This document shows, in pieces, positions 1-13,899 of a DNA stretch of 64,000 bases. Source of the stretch: Eledone cirrhosa (Eukaryota); contig OZ024742.1 of assembly GCA_964016885.1 (NCBI GenBank), forward strand, positions 278,318,001 to 278,382,000. Reading direction: 5' to 3'. Position 1 is the first letter of the stretch. Each line of letters begins with the position of its first letter. The notes beneath the pieces were generated by a model that was not told the origin of the DNA, searched no databases, and worked only from the letters and a program-made list of their open reading frames with translations. The translations under genes and the position numbers were made by a program.

Positions 1-1460
1 GGTGGTGGTGCTGGGTGTGATGTGGTGGTGGTGGCGGTGCTGGTGGTGGAGTTGGTGATGTGGTGGTGGTGGTGTTGGTGGTGCTGTTGGAGCTGGTGGT
101 GCTGATGGTGTGATGTGGTGGTGTTGGTGGTGCTGGTGTTGGTGATGTGATGATGGTGGTGGTGTGATGGTTGTGGTGGTGGTGTGGTGGTGTTGGTGGT
201 GCTGGTGTTTGTGGTGGTGGTGCTGGGTGTGATGTGGTGGTGGTGGTGCTGGTGGTGGAGTTGGTGATGTGGTGGTGGTGGTGTTGGTGGTGCTGTTTGA
301 GCTGGTGGTGCTGATGCTGGTGTGATGTAGTGGTGTTGGTGGTGCTGGTGTTGGTGATGTGATGATGGTGGTGGTGGTGCTGGTGTTGGTGATGTGGTGG
401 TGGTGGTGGTGTGATGGTTGTGGTGGTGGTGTGGTGGTGTTGGTGGTGCTGGTGTTGGTGATGTGATGATGGTGGTGGTGGTGCTGGTGTTGGTGATGTG
501 GTGGTGGTGGTGGTGGTGTGATGGTTGTGGTGTGGTGGTGTTGGTGGTGCTGGTGTTGGTGATGTGATGGTGGTGGGGGTGGTGCTGGTGTTGGTGATGT
601 GGTGATGGTGTGGTTGTGCTGGTGGTGTTGGTGGTGTGATATGGTGGTGCTGGTGGTGTTGGTGATGTGGTGATGGTGGTGGTGGTGGTGGTGCTGGTGT
701 TGGTGATGTGGTGATGGTGGCGGTGGTGTTTCTGGTGTTGGTGGTGTGATATGGTGGTGCTGGTGGTGTTGGTGATGTGGTGATGGTGGTGGTGGTGGTG
801 GTGCTGGTGTTGGTGATGTGGTGATGGTGGCGGTGGTGTTTCTGGTGTTGGTGATGCGGTGCTGGTGGTGTTGGTGGTGTGATGTGGTGGTGCTGGTGCT
901 GGTGCTGGTGTTGGTGATGTGGTGATGGTGCTGGTGTTGGTGATGTGGTGATGGTGCTGGTGTTGGTGATGTGGTGATGGTGGTAGTGGTGTGGTGGTTG
1001 TGGTGGTGGTGCTGGTGTTGGTGATGTGGTGATGGTGGTGGTGTGGTGGTTGTGGTGGTGGTTTGGTGGTGCTGGTGCTGGTGTTGGTGATGTGGTGATG
1101 TTGCTGGTGTTGGTGATGTGGTGATGGTGGTGGTGTGGTGGTTGTGGTGCTGGTGTTGGTGATGTGGTGATGGTGGTGGTGCTGGTGTTGGTGATGTGGT
1201 GATGGTGGTGGTGTGGTGGTTGTGGTGGTGGTTTGGTGGTGCTGGTGCTGGTGTTGGTGATATGGTGATGTTGCTGGTGTTGGTGATGTGGTGATGGTGG
1301 TGGTGTGGTGGTTGTGGTGCTGGTGTTGGTGATATGGTGATGTTGCTGGTGTTGGTGATGTGGTGATGGTGGTGGTGTGGTGGTTGTGGTGCTGGTGTTG
1401 GTGATGTGGTGATGGTGGTGGTGCTGGTGTTGGTGATGTGGTGATGGTGGTGCTAGTGGT
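1..1460. repeat. GGT-rich compound mini/microsatellite
   Basis: Recurrent units such as gctggtgttggtgatgtggtgatggt interspersed with (GGT)n; decays into degenerate GGT/GTA sequence to ~2860. Confidence 0.95.
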
Positions 1461-2551
1461 ATGGCTGATGACGATAATTGGTGGTGTAGGTGATGGTGTT
1501 AATTAATGCTGGACGCTGGCCTGGTGATATATGTCAATACTTTTAGTGATGGTGTTGGTGGTGATAATAAAGACGATGGTTGTTGTGATGTGCATTGCTG
1601 GCTGTGGTGGTGGTGTTGGTGGTAGTGTGTGTGTAGTTGAATGGTGGTGGTGTTGGTGGTGCTTTTGGTCATGTTGTTTGGTGGCAGTGTTTTTATCTAT
1701 GGTAGCGGTGGTGGTTTTAGAGGTTGGAGTATTGGTGGTGGTTGTAGTACAGTTAGCGCTATTGCTAGATGCTGTAGTGTTGATACGTTTGTGGTGGTGG
1801 TGGTAGTGGTAGTGGTGTCCGTTCTGGTGGATTGGCGGCTGTAGTATTGGTGTTGGTACCATGAATGGAAGTTATGGTGGTGCTGATGGTACTAAGTGGT
1901 GCTGTTTATATTGTTGTTAGTAATTTCGGGTGGCGCTGAGAGTGTTATTGGCAATGCTGGTGGTGGGGTTGGTTGTTCTGGTGTTGGTGGTGGTGTTGCT
2001 GGAGAGGTTGTTGTTGGTGGTGTTGCTGGTGAAAAGAAAAAAAGATTTATTTCAGTTTCTACGAATCTAACCGTAATAGTAATGTTTCGTTGGCTAGTAG
2101 TGGCAGTGGTGCAAGTGGTTATGGTTTTAGTGTTGCTGATGACGCTGGTGATAATGGAGGCGGCGATGTTGGTGCTGGTGGCTTCAATGATGTTAGGGTG
2201 TGCTGAGGGTGTTATTGGTAAAAGAGTTGTGTGTTAGTGCTTGTGGTTTCAATGGTTGCCGTGTTGCTGGTGGTGATGGTGTGGGTAACCTCAGTGGTTG
2301 TGGTGTCGTTGGTGGTAATGGTTGTGGTTATCTTGGTGTTGCTGGCTTCAATGGTGAATCTGGCGGTGGTGGCGGTGTTGGAATGGGTAATGAGTGGTGT
2401 TGATGGTGTTGGTGGTAATGGCAGCTTCAATATATTTATATATATATATCTCAGACTTTACGAATCTAAAATAAAACAGCTATGTTTTGTTGGTTCATTG
2501 AACATAGATGTACACAGATGTTGTATGAGAAGAGGGGAGTGTTGTGAGTTT

Positions 2552-2615
<64 letters not shown>

Positions 2616-2620
2616 TAGTG

Positions 2621-2663
<43 letters not shown>

Positions 2664-2787
2664 CAGTAGTAGTGGTGGTTGTATTGGTGGCGTTGGTGGT
2701 TGTGTTGGTGGCGTTGGTGGTGCAAGTGGTGGTGATAGTAATAGTAGTAATTATGATGGTGGTGGTGACATTAATGGTGTGGTGATG

Positions 2788-2840
<53 letters not shown>

Positions 2841-2862
2841 CGCAGCAGCAGCAGCAGTAGCA
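2552..2862. repeat. (GTA)n/(GCA)n microsatellites
   Basis: Long perfect gta runs at ~2552-2662 and ~2788-2840. Confidence 0.95.
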
Positions 2863-3208
2863 TTAACTGTTGTTTATCTTCATATAAAAAAAAATTCCAG
2901 ACTGGCCAACTCTTCTCTTTTTTACTATTTCATTCTTGTAACTTAGTGTATCTATGGCAAAGTCATCCGATATGCCCTTCCTCTTTAAGATGCCAAGGGC
3001 AGTGATCTAAGGAAGATTTTGTTTTACTAGTTTTAGCAGGTGAAGCGACCAAATACAGTCATTCATATTGATTCGGGCATTTCTATTGTCTGTTGGTTTT
3101 TAGACCCAAGTCAAACCTAATCAAGCAAAATTATGATCGAATCTCTTTCTGTCGTGATCATCCCGACACTATGACATTACCAACTCACACAGCTAATACT
3201 CGAAACAA

Positions 3209-3335
3209 TTCTTCTTCTTCTTCTTCTTCTTCTTCTTCTTCTTCTTCTTCTTCTTCTTCTTCTTCCTGAGAAGGTCGGGGGAGCAGAGTCTTCAAACGCT
3301 CCTTCCAGAGGGTGCTGTTAGAAGCAACTGTCTCC
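3209..3335 (-). mobile_element. RTE-clade LINE 3' end with (GAA)n tail
   Basis: Minus strand reads ETVASNSTLWKERLKTLLPRPS, resembling the RTE ORF C-terminus, followed directly by (GAA)n. Confidence 0.6.
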
Positions 3336-3505
3336 TTGTTTGGCAGATATCCTTCTCATAGTCGACTGTCATGACAGAAACTACCCTTGTATACAAACAC
3401 AAACTCCAACACAATCTCTCATACACAAATACACTCACATATTGAAGTAGATGAATTCACAGGCAGGAACACAGTCGCACTCCGAGGTATGTATATATGT
3501 ATGTA
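3336..3505. repeat. Interspersed repeat X, copy 1
   Basis: tggcagatatccttct...tattgaagtagatgaattcacaggcagg is shared with 22886-23045. Confidence 0.85.
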
Positions 3506-3524
3506 TGAACTCGGCATCGTGTAC

Positions 3525-3745
3525 TTGAAAATCTCTACATACTTCTTAGGATTTGCACTCACATGTAGAGAGTACTGTGCAAGCTTCTTTGGGAGGATGA
3601 GTGTCTCAGTCTTCACAGCACTGATTTTAATTTCAGCCGTGCAGCCCTCGGCAGCAAACCTATCAAGTGCATGTCGGAGACCACCTTTCAACGCATTAAG
3701 TAGCAGCATGTCGTCTGCAAATTCAGCCGATTGATCTTATACCAA
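3525..3745 (-). mobile_element. RTE-clade LINE reverse transcriptase fragment
   Basis: SAEFADDMLLLNALKGGLRHALDRFAAEG...IKISAVKTE...VEIFKY; FADD catalytic motif. Confidence 0.85.
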
Positions 3746-3964
3746 CCAGTAGTGATGCCGCTTTTATCTCAGCTGCGTATGCCACAAATTTTGACCAACA
3801 GATGTGACAGATACTCGGTCAAATCTGTATTTTAAAATCCAGTATGAATTATTGTGGACGAGTATTGATTTTTGGTCGTGCAGGTTCAATTCTATATCTA
3901 CATTTTCACTACAGTACGCGATTTAGCAACGTTTGATGCTTTAATGGCAGATTGTATGCTGTTC

Positions 3965-4198
3965 CAAAGAGGATCGTGGGGACAGAGGATCCAATTGGAT
4001 CCCCAAGCCAGACCAACCATCTTGGTCGTGGTCTAAATATGGATCTGTTGCCAGTTGGCTTCGCTTGTAAAATTTAACCAGTGATTCTTTTCTTAGACAT
4101 TCTAACCATATGTCCGTAGAAGGAAACCTGTGACCTTTCTATTCGGAGAAGTAGCAGCTCTAGCAGAAACGAGTTCTTGGTCTCTGAGCAACGCTTTC
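3965..4198 (-). mobile_element. RTE-clade LINE post-RT C-terminal fragment
   Basis: LLLLRIERSQVSFYGHMVRMSKKRITG*ILQAKPTGNRSIFRPRPRW matches the RTE pattern LR.ERSQLRW.GH..RM...G.RP.GRPR.RW. Confidence 0.8.
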
Positions 4199-4229
4199 TA
4201 TTGAGCTACGCACAATATCGAGTAGATGT

Positions 4230-4390
4230 ATGAATAGAAAGCCCTGACATTTATATTACCCATCAAACTTGCTGTTAATATGGAAAATAACATCATAATC
4301 ATAAGACTAGAGGAACAAAAAAGGTGTATGATAAAGTAATGTGAGGGTATAAAGAAAAGGTATTGATAAATAGAGATAGTTGTATTTATG
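4230..4390 (+). mobile_element. R4/Dong-like LINE RT fragment
   Basis: KALTFILPIKLAVNMENNII then an EEQKRC-like segment; homologous to 5884-6310 and 9430-9660. Confidence 0.55.
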
Positions 4391-4800
4391 CTGCAAAAAC
4401 CACATCGTATACTATACATAATTCCCGTCTGACATTGTGAGACACAAGGTAAGCTATACAGAAAATGGGAAACATAAGAAAAACAAATGTGACCACAGCA
4501 AAGTATTCTAGTCGAAGTTGGCATTGAAACACACACACACCACACACACACACACACACGCACGCACGCACACACACGACAACACACACAAACACACACA
4601 CACACACACACACACATGCATGCACACATACAAGCACACGCACACAAACACACACCAGAAACAGACGCACACAAACAACACACAACAGAAACAGACACAC
4701 ACAAACGCACATACATCCACACACACACACATAATCACACGCACACACATACACATACACACAAATATATATATATATATGTATGTATTGATAATATGAC

Positions 4801-4860
<60 letters not shown>

Positions 4861-4869
4861 TGATAATCT

Positions 4870-5180
4870 GGGTTAGTTGTTGAAGTTTTCGGGTCACTCT
4901 AGTTTGGTAGTAACTTTGATTCCCGACATGGATGATGCATTGTGTCATTGTACAAACGCCATTTATTTCATATTGTTCCACTCCACTTGACTGACAAGCA
5001 TGAGTTGTACTTATAATCCAAAAGACTATCCTTGTCACTCACTGTTTTACTCTGAATCTACACGAGAACTATATTACATCTCTGTGGAATGCTCAGACAC
5101 TTACACGTCAACTTCAGGAGCTGTCTGTTCCGTTTGTTAAACAACTGGAACAATAGTCGTCGAAATTGACAGAGGTACGT
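4870..5180 (+). mobile_element. Old SINE, family B
   Basis: Degenerate CORE-like segment (tgtgtcattgtacaaacgccatttatttcatattgttcca) plus a tail similar to 40440-40670 and 39205-39300. Confidence 0.6.
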
Positions 5181-5290
5181 TCCATTCCAAACACACACAC
5201 ACACATTCACACACACACACTCACATATATATATATGTATGTATGTATATAGTATGTATGTATGTATATGTATGTATGCATGTATGTATG

Positions 5291-5825
5291 TCGGGTCACT
5301 CTTGAGTGCTACTGGTAACATGTAACCCAGTACAACCTGTCGCATGTTCAGGTCCTTGGCGACTAAACCGGCAATCCCACCAAGTTTACTTGGTGAGGAG
5401 GGTGATTTTGGACACCCTGCAGGACAAAAAACTAACCTGACAAAGAGCGGAAGAACTCATAAGAGTCAACGGCCATCCAAAATTTGTAAATATGTATATA
5501 CACATGTTCCGCGCGGTTAAACCACTGGGAGTGAAGGACCCATAGTTTTTGTCAGGGCATTCTTCTAGGAGAAGGCAACTCAAGAAACTGGGATAACTCC
5601 GATATAAAACCTGCGGCTCAGTAGTTACCGATGATGTTGATCTTTTCTTCTTTTCGGGTTATAGCTACTGTCGTTCAGAGAGTGGGATTGGCTCAGTGCA
5701 CAGTCTTTCCTCACTTTAAAAAATATCTTCACGCACAGGCATTGCACGATAGAATTAATTAATAATTATTAATAATGGTATATCATGCAAGGGCCATACT
5801 CGATAACGAGGGGGCAGCCATCATG
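5291..5825 (+). mobile_element. Interspersed element Y, copy 1 (~530 bp, (TATG)n flanks)
   Basis: Collinear with 23056-23580 (gagtgctact...ggcgactaaacc...cagagagtgggattgg...gcagccaycatgtatg). Orientation inferred from the 3' tatg repeat. Confidence 0.75.
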
Positions 5826-5883
5826 TATGCATGTATACATATATGTATGTATGTATGTACGTACGTATGGATGGATGGATGTT

Positions 5884-6310
5884 TAGAAAGCCCTGACATT
5901 TATATTCTCCATCAGACTGGCTGTTCATCTAGAAAATAACATAATATTATTAATAATTGTTTCTACTTTTGGCACAAGGCCAGCAATTACTCAGTACATT
6001 ACTGGTACTTTATTTTATCGACCCCGTAAGGATGAAAGGCAAAGTTAACCTTGGCGGGATTTGAACGCAGACCATAAAGGGCCATAACTCTTTGCTGCAA
6101 AGCATGGCGTCCGACTCTCTACTGATACTGCTAATCCGCCGCTGTGAAACAGAAAAGGCGTATCATAAAGTAATATATGGTTATAAAGAAGAGTTATTGA
6201 TAAGTACAGAGAGTTGTTATTAAAGATGGGAAAAGGGAAACGATAATGTAAGCATGGTAAAGAGAGATTGCCGGAATGGGGATATTATGACAGTATATAA
6301 AGCTTGGAAA
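5884..6310 (+). mobile_element. R4/Dong-like RT fragment interrupted by a SINE
   Basis: Homologous to 4230-4390 on both sides of the SINE at 5952-6143; includes YGYKEELLIS. Confidence 0.55.
5952..6143 (-). mobile_element. tRNA-derived SINE, family A
   Basis: Reverse complement of 34333-34520: A box, B box, then ctttgcctttcatccttacggggtcgataaaataaagtaccag and an (AAT)-type tail. Confidence 0.92.
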
Positions 6311-6362
6311 TATCAATATAGCAATATGATAGAGAGGGTTAAAAACTAACCTTATTCCCTCA

Positions 6363-6690
6363 AGGCGGCGAAATGGTTGGTTCTTTATAGCATCGAGATA
6401 AACGCTCTGCTGTATTTATTCCAAGTCTCTACATTCTGAGATCAAATCACGTCGTGGTTAACTTTGCCTTTCATCTTTCAGGGTTGATAAATAATGATTT
6501 CTACTATAGGCACAAGGTCAGCAAAAATAGTTGATTAATAAGGCTCTTGTTGAGGTGACATACTGGCAGAATCGTAAAAGCATCGGCCGGGCTGTACTGC
6601 ACTATTTCCTTCGGATACTTGCTTTCTGAGTTCAAAGCCCACCGAAGTCAGCTTTACCTTTTATCTGTCCTTGGTCAATAAAAAAACATC
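6363..6690 (+). mobile_element. Two diverged family A-like SINEs
   Basis: Degenerate A/B boxes and ctttgcctttcatc...gataaa core. Confidence 0.7.
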
Positions 6691-7949
6691 TTGCTAGGAC
6701 GATAGACTGGCAGAGCACCGATCGGATTATAATGTAGCATTCGTTTTGGCTTTTCGTTAAAATCCAGTCATGATGTACTTGGATGTTAGACATAATCAGT
6801 CATCTAGTTTAGCACTATCCCCATACACGGGAGTGCATTAAACAGATTACTGTACTAGGACACATTTCTATCTCCCTCTCACATGTGAGGGTCCTGCGCA
6901 CTGCTCTCTCTACCTACTATGCAATAAAATAGAAGAATCTTTGAGAGAAACCTTTTATAATGACTGGATTTCTTTCATTAACAAATATGAGGGTTCAAAT
7001 CAGCAATAGATACAAATTACACTATATAGATGATTTTAAATGATATATCAGACAACATATTTAGCGGGAGAACCAGTGAGGGCGCATGAAAGGGATTCCT
7101 TATTCTGTAAGAAATACAGCTAAATCCAAGTGGGCTTTTATATCAGAGGAAATAGAATCAGTACAAACACCGCAAGGCATTTGTTATTCGACCAGTTCAA
7201 TGATTGATTTTAGCAACAATATAGATCGATACATCACAGCTGTGGAAAATACCCATTAATATTGGTGAAACGATAACCACTAAAAAGAAAGCAAAAAAAA
7301 AATAGCTGAAAAATACATATAAAAAATGTTGATGGATATCCGTGTAAGTAATACATTAACTTATTTTAAAATGTCATTACTCTGTGTCCAATATAAATTA
7401 TGTATTTCTAACGTTGGTAGCAACAACCGACTAGACACCACGTATAAATCACCGACTGGACTTAACATGTAAAGACATCTACATTGTTCAAATGAAATCA
7501 GTGCCAGACAAATCCAACTCCTTGTTACTTGAAGAAGGAAGATGTAAAGGTGACGTAATGACAGAGTTGTTAGAAAATTGGATAAAATGCTTTATATTAG
7601 CTGGTCCGGCTCTCTTCGTTCTGAAGTCAAATGTCACCGAGGTCACCTTTAAATCTCGACCTTTCGAGGATCAATTAAATAAAGTACAATATGGGCTTGT
7701 GAAATTGTTATATTTGAAGATTAATCTATAGTTAGATAGTATTCTCGAATAGATTATTTACTTAAATACTGTCAATATTGAGTACTTTCAACATAGCTAT
7801 ATATTGTTCAGTTAGACACACACACAGGCACTTACGCTCATATATATATATATATATATATCACACTGGATCCGGGGAAGCTCGACCTCATGATGATACA
7901 CATAAATACATACATGGATATAAACATACATACATACATACATATATAC

Positions 7950-8026
<77 letters not shown>

Positions 8027-8866
8027 CATACATCAGTTATTTCCTTAATTCATTGACAGAAAACAGTAAAAACAATTTTTTTTTCTATATCGTAAAACTA
8101 TAGATATGATTTAATTGTATGCACAGTTTTAATTTTATTTAAAGCTGTAAAAAGGAAATATCGTATTTATTATAAAACATCTTCACTTCAATTTCATTGT
8201 AAAATATTTTATAACATAGTCTGTAAACGCTAAGAAATATTATATTTCGTCACCGCAGAAATTACAGTTTTAATTTTATTACAAAGATATATTTTTAGTA
8301 GGATTTAGTTATAATTTAATGATAAACCTTTTAAAAATACTTTGTAACAATATCTATAGTTATATTTTATTTCGGTGTATAAGCATTAAAGTATATTATA
8401 TTACATTGGGCGTTGTTAAATTATACTGACATGGCGTTTCTTTTTTCTGGATTACTTTTTAAAAACTACGTGTCGTATCTTTGATCAAGTGCTATCGCAT
8501 TCTGGTTTGGCTGCTGTTGCACTCTTTGAAAGTGATGTATACTCACAATTGTTTTATCTGCTCTTAGTTGAACAAAATCCCAATGAGTTCAAATATGACT
8601 TGCGTTATTTTGATGTCGATAAAATAACGCACTTGTCATGTTCTTTGTGGTTTACTAGGCCCCTGACTAATCTAGTGTGATGATGTTTTCCACTGACTGA
8701 GCATATGGTATTAAATCGTGGGCATATGTTAAAGACATCTAATTTTGAAAACGTTATTAGAGTTTGTAAATGTTATCAAGATATGAAGCTTGTAGCGTCC
8801 ATTCAGTTTCTGATTTCCTCTTAAAATTCATAGTCATTGTATTCAAAGACCAGGTAACAAAAATAA

Positions 8867-9010
8867 AAGGTGACGATTTGGCAGAATCGGTAAAGCGTCG
8901 GATTATATGGCGTGTGGTATTTGATCCGGTACCCTGCGTTGTGAGTTTAAATCTCGCCCCACATCAACTTCACCTTCTCTCCTTTGGCTCGATAAATAAA
9001 ATACCAATCA
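8867..9010 (+). mobile_element. Diverged family A-like SINE
   Basis: tggcagaatcggtaaagcgtcgga...gagtttaaatctcgcc...tcgataaataaaatacca. Confidence 0.7.
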
Positions 9011-9429
9011 AGAGCAGCGGATTGCTAATGCGTCGAAGAGGATGCCTTGTGGTGTCTTTTTCGACTCCTTAAGTTCTGAGTTCGCGTGCTACGGTACGTA
9101 TGTTAATATGTACTGATTATTAATTTTCCTTTGGTTATTATTAGGAACGCGGAGAAGGGAGACATGCAAGCATGGGCGATAGTTGGTCTTCTGAAAAACA
9201 AAATCTCACCTAGGCCAGCATATTGGAGGCCATTCCAGATGTAGCTCCTTGGTTTTATGAGACGTACGTAGGTTCGCCCAGCAGAGCCACGAGAAGCAAT
9301 AAATAGCTACACAATCAAAATAACCCCCTACAGTATCACTTAAGAAGACAAAATTAATACCTCGAAAAAAAAAACAAAAAAAAAACAAACGAACAAGATA
9401 AAAAAAAAACAAAAAAACAACAACATTTA

Positions 9430-9660
9430 TCAAAGACATTCTAAAGCTACAAAGAAATGTCTTGTTTGCCAACAATATACAAAGACCCAACATGCTGGTT
9501 TTTCATCTGGAAAATAATAACATCTTACTGAAAGAACAGGAAGAAAGATGTTTCGGAAGTAATGTATGGATGTAACAGACAGTTATTGGTAAATCGAGCA
9601 ATTATTGAAGTCAGCCCCAAAAAGGAGAAACGAATGAAAAATCGAAGCATAGCATAGATT
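9430..9660 (+). mobile_element. R4/Dong-like LINE RT fragment
   Basis: SCLPTIYK...HLENNNILLKEQ...YGCNRQLLVNRAIIE resembles RT domains 1-2 (CLPTIYK, EQKGC, GCKDQLLI). Confidence 0.7.
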
Positions 9661-10437
9661 TATTTCTGAATATCCTTTGACAGAATCTCATACTATTGAA
9701 TATTTGAGACACTGTACATAAACAAATCTCCTCTAATAAAAGCAGTATATCAAACGTCACCATGTCAAAATTGAAATATTCAATAACACGGCAAGATAAA
9801 GCGGTGACAAAAGGAAGCCATATTTATATTGGAAGAGACAAGTAGGATTCACCTAATCCCTCATTACGGTTTTGTTTAGCTCTGGCATCATTAACACATT
9901 TTCTGAATCAAATCACCAATAATTATTACACTTAGTCTGAACAAACTATAAACAATTTTTGATATTCTTTCTCTTTTATTCTATTACTGGTTTTCTTCAT
10001 TGAAATGTGGCCATATTGAGACATCGACTGAAAGTAATTTAGTCAATTCAATAGAGCACATGACTTATTCATTTCAGATCTGGTACGTAGGATATCGATC
10101 TCTTTTGTCGAACAGTTAATTTACAGGGCATAAACACGCACACAAACACACACATGCACACACACACATACACACACACACACACATATATACATATATA
10201 TATATATATATAGACCTGGTGGTCACTGATCTGTCCAGTTATTTTGTCTACCAGCATATCAGGAAAAAAGTATACATTTTCTATATATTTTGTCCGAGGA
10301 GAACCTGTTTTGCTTTATGTTATACATAAAAATTTGTATCTTCGAAATCTAAACTATAAAAAAGGAAGGTCTGCGGGATTGTGTACGGTTTATTTTTTTT
10401 TTATCCCGTTAGTAAAATAAGTTGGATTACTTTGAAT

Positions 10438-10542
10438 AAATAATTGTTTCTACTTTTGGCACAAGGCCAGCAATTACCCAGTGTATTACTGGTACTTTAT
10501 TTTATCGACCCCGTAAGGATGAAAGGCAAAGTTAACCTCGGC
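10438..10542 (-). mobile_element. SINE family A, 3' half
   Basis: Near-identical to the family A core and tail. Confidence 0.9.
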
Positions 10543-11029
10543 AGATAATAATGAATGAATATTACATAACTTATCTACTAAATTTCGTAAACAAAAATAA
10601 TTTCGTAAAAATAAATAATTTAAAATTGACTTCTCAAAGTTGCACTTCCGGTATATCGTTGCCATCACCACCACCACTTCAACTACCATATATATAGAAA
10701 GAGAGTGTGTGATGTCAGCACTTCCGGTGGCGATCACTTAAATAAACGTACTAGTTTTCTGTCAGTAATTTTCTCCTAATGCAGTTTATATATAATATCG
10801 TCTTTTTTTAATATATCATGGATTACGTTACAGATTACATAAGACAGTGTAAATTTCTGTTTATATTGTGTCAATTTCTGTTTATATTGACAATTACGAT
10901 TTTATGTGATGTATCATATCTACATGTATATATACATGCGTATAATATCAATACATGCGTATAATATCAATATACACACTCCACATGCTAGCAGAAAACC
11001 ACCCAAAAGGTGGTTTTTCTGCTAGTATA

Positions 11030-11221
11030 TATAATTGTTGTCTACTTTTGGCACAAGACCAGCAATTGCCCGGTTTATTACTGGTACTTTATTTTATCGA
11101 CCCCTTAAGGATGAAAGGCAAAGCTAACCTCGGCGCGATTTGAACTCAGATCATAAAGGGACGTAAATCTATGCGTCAAAACATGGCGTCCGACTCTCTA
11201 CCGATACTGCCAATCCACTGC
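11030..11221 (-). mobile_element. SINE family A, full length
   Basis: Matches other copies from tail to tRNA head. Confidence 0.92.
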
Positions 11222-11376
11222 TAGTATATATAATGAAATAAAGAGAGATAATATAAAATATATATCTTTCGAATATTACTATTAATTACTATTATATATA
11301 TATATATATAATAGTAATTAATAGTAATATTCGAAAGATATATACTTTATATCATCTCTCTTTATTTTATTATATA
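11222..11376. repeat. AT-rich palindrome centred on a (TA)n run
   Basis: aaataaagagagat...tatctttcgaatattactattaattactatta mirrored by taatagtaattaatagtaatattcgaaagata...atctctctttattt. Confidence 0.85.
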
Positions 11377-11377
11377 T

Positions 11378-11502
11378 GCCGAGGTTAACTCTGCCTTTCA
11401 TCATTACCGGGTCGATAAAATAAAGTACCAGTCACGCACTGGCGTCAATTGCATCGACCCCCCGCCCCCAATTTCTGGCCTTGTGCCTAAATAAGAAACC
11501 AT
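11378..11502 (+). mobile_element. SINE family A, partial
   Basis: gccgaggttaactctgcctttcatc...ggccttgtgcctaaa. Confidence 0.85.
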
Positions 11503-11586
11503 TATATATACATGCCTACATGCATACATACATTTAAGTAACTGCCGAACTAAGAGTGAGAAATGAAATTTCGTTTCATTCTATTC

Positions 11587-11659
<73 letters not shown>

Positions 11660-11855
11660 TTTAGTACAGCATAGACGAAGCACTAGTATACGGCCAAGCT
11701 AGCGTGTATGCATATTCGGTCTGTAGCTTTAGCACTCGGATGAGGTAAGACCCCAGAGTAATAACATTATGTTCAGACAGCTTAGCAAATCAGATATAGC
11801 AGTCGGCAGTCCGACCGCATTACCAGAGCAACGAAAATACAGGACCCAGGAAAAG

Positions 11856-11860
<5 letters not shown>
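11660..11860. repeat. (TA)n-flanked insert, family Z (diverged)
   Basis: Shares acgaagcact, agagtaataa and accagagcaacg..aaatac in the same order with 20377-20610. Confidence 0.5.
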
Positions 11861-11901
<41 letters not shown>

Positions 11902-11948
11902 AAGGAAAAGCGAAGTAGTTTCAGATGTTCAAGTCTTTTAATAATAAT

Positions 11949-12024
11949 GCTGTGATATATATATTTCAATGACGACACTGGCCACACTGTTCTGTATGCG
12001 AGTGCCGCGACATCGTCAGACAGC
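11949..12024 (-). ncRNA. Type I hammerhead ribozyme (inverted copy)
   Basis: Reverse complement of 12075-12148 with intact CTGACGA, GAAA and TC; one extra TA in loop 3. Confidence 0.8.
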
Positions 12025-12074
12025 TTGTTACATAATAAGGTTATGTTTCCGTTATGTAACCTTATTATGTAACA

Positions 12075-12148
12075 GCTGTCTGACGATGTCGCGACACTCG
12101 CACACAGAACAGTGTGGCTAGTGTCGTCATTGAAATATATATCACAGC
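12075..12148 (+). ncRNA. Type I hammerhead ribozyme
   Basis: Stem I gctgt/acagc; core CTGACGA at 12080-12086; stem II gcgacact..cacac/gtgtg..agtgtcgt; GAAA-tatata-TC. Predicted cleavage after 12143. Confidence 0.85.
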
Positions 12149-12291
12149 ATTATTGTTAAAAGACTTGAACATCTGAAACTACTTCGCTTTTCCTTATTCG
12201 ATATTTACTCCGTCACTCCTATGTGGAAAAAGTACGTTGAGTGCTTGAATTGAATTGCATCAATATTTACCCTAAGTATATATATATATAT

Positions 12292-12996
<705 letters not shown>

Positions 12997-13028
12997 AGAT
13001 CAAAAGATGGTTATAAGAGTTCCATGTA

Positions 13029-13095
13029 TTTTATTATGCGCATTTCAAAAACAAATATCATAATGCAATAACATTTGTGTTTTCATCAGATAAAA
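13029..13095 (-). ncRNA. Type I hammerhead ribozyme (inverted copy)
   Basis: Reverse complement of 13226-13290 with a 6-bp stem I ttttat/ataaaa and intact core. Confidence 0.8.
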
Positions 13096-13225
13096 TAGGA
13101 AGACATGATATGAAGGTTAAAAAGCACTTGTGAATAGTGCAGTTTTAAATCAACATATATGATATGTTGATTTAAAACTGCACTATTCACAAGTGCTTTT
13201 TAACCTTAATATCATGTCTTCCTAT

Positions 13226-13290
13226 TTTATCTGATGAAAACGCAAATGTTATTGCATGATGATATTTGTTTTTGAAATGCGCATAATAAA
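13226..13290 (+). ncRNA. Type I hammerhead ribozyme
   Basis: Stem I tttat/ataaa; CTGATGA at 13231-13237; AU-rich stem II caaatgttat/gatatttg; GAAA-tgcgca-TA. Confidence 0.8.
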
Positions 13291-13416
13291 TTACATGGAA
13301 CTCTTTTAACCATCCTTTGATCTTATATATTATTTATACTCTAGTCCTACAAACTGTAGAGTGCTTCTTATCCGATATCTGCATTGCTTTATTGTACTAC
13401 AATAAAACTCACCTCC

Positions 13417-13559
<143 letters not shown>

Positions 13560-13621
13560 CATATATATATCTATCTATATATATATCTATATATATATCT
13601 ATATATATATATATATATATT

Positions 13622-13698
<77 letters not shown>

Positions 13699-13899
13699 GG
13701 TAAGCGCACTTGTGGCTGAGGGTACTGCTGTATTCCATCTCTTCAGACGGAAAAGTAACACTGTTAGTGTTAGCGTTTCGGTCTATTCCACCGCGACACC
13801 AGAGCTATTCAGAGTCAGTCTTTGATGTAGGCGACGAAACTCCTACAGAACACCACAATGGTAGATGTGTCTGATGTTGTTACTCCGTACATTTCAACT

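Larger units (their letters stand above)
11898..12277 (+). mobile_element. Fold-back HHR element 1
   Basis: Inverted arm 11898-12043, 13-nt spacer, sense arm 12057-12199 (arms ~145 bp, near-perfect reverse complements) continuing unpaired to ~12277; (TA)n on both sides. Confidence 0.9.

Noticed and set aside
7066-7107. Possible small exon (ag...gtaag)
   Set aside because: Weak acceptor, no recognisable peptide, no partner exons; surrounding sequence may be old LINE debris.
13765-13820. Minus-strand CTGAATA...agaccGAAAcg
   Set aside because: Core mismatch at G8, and no UH triplet or stem I.
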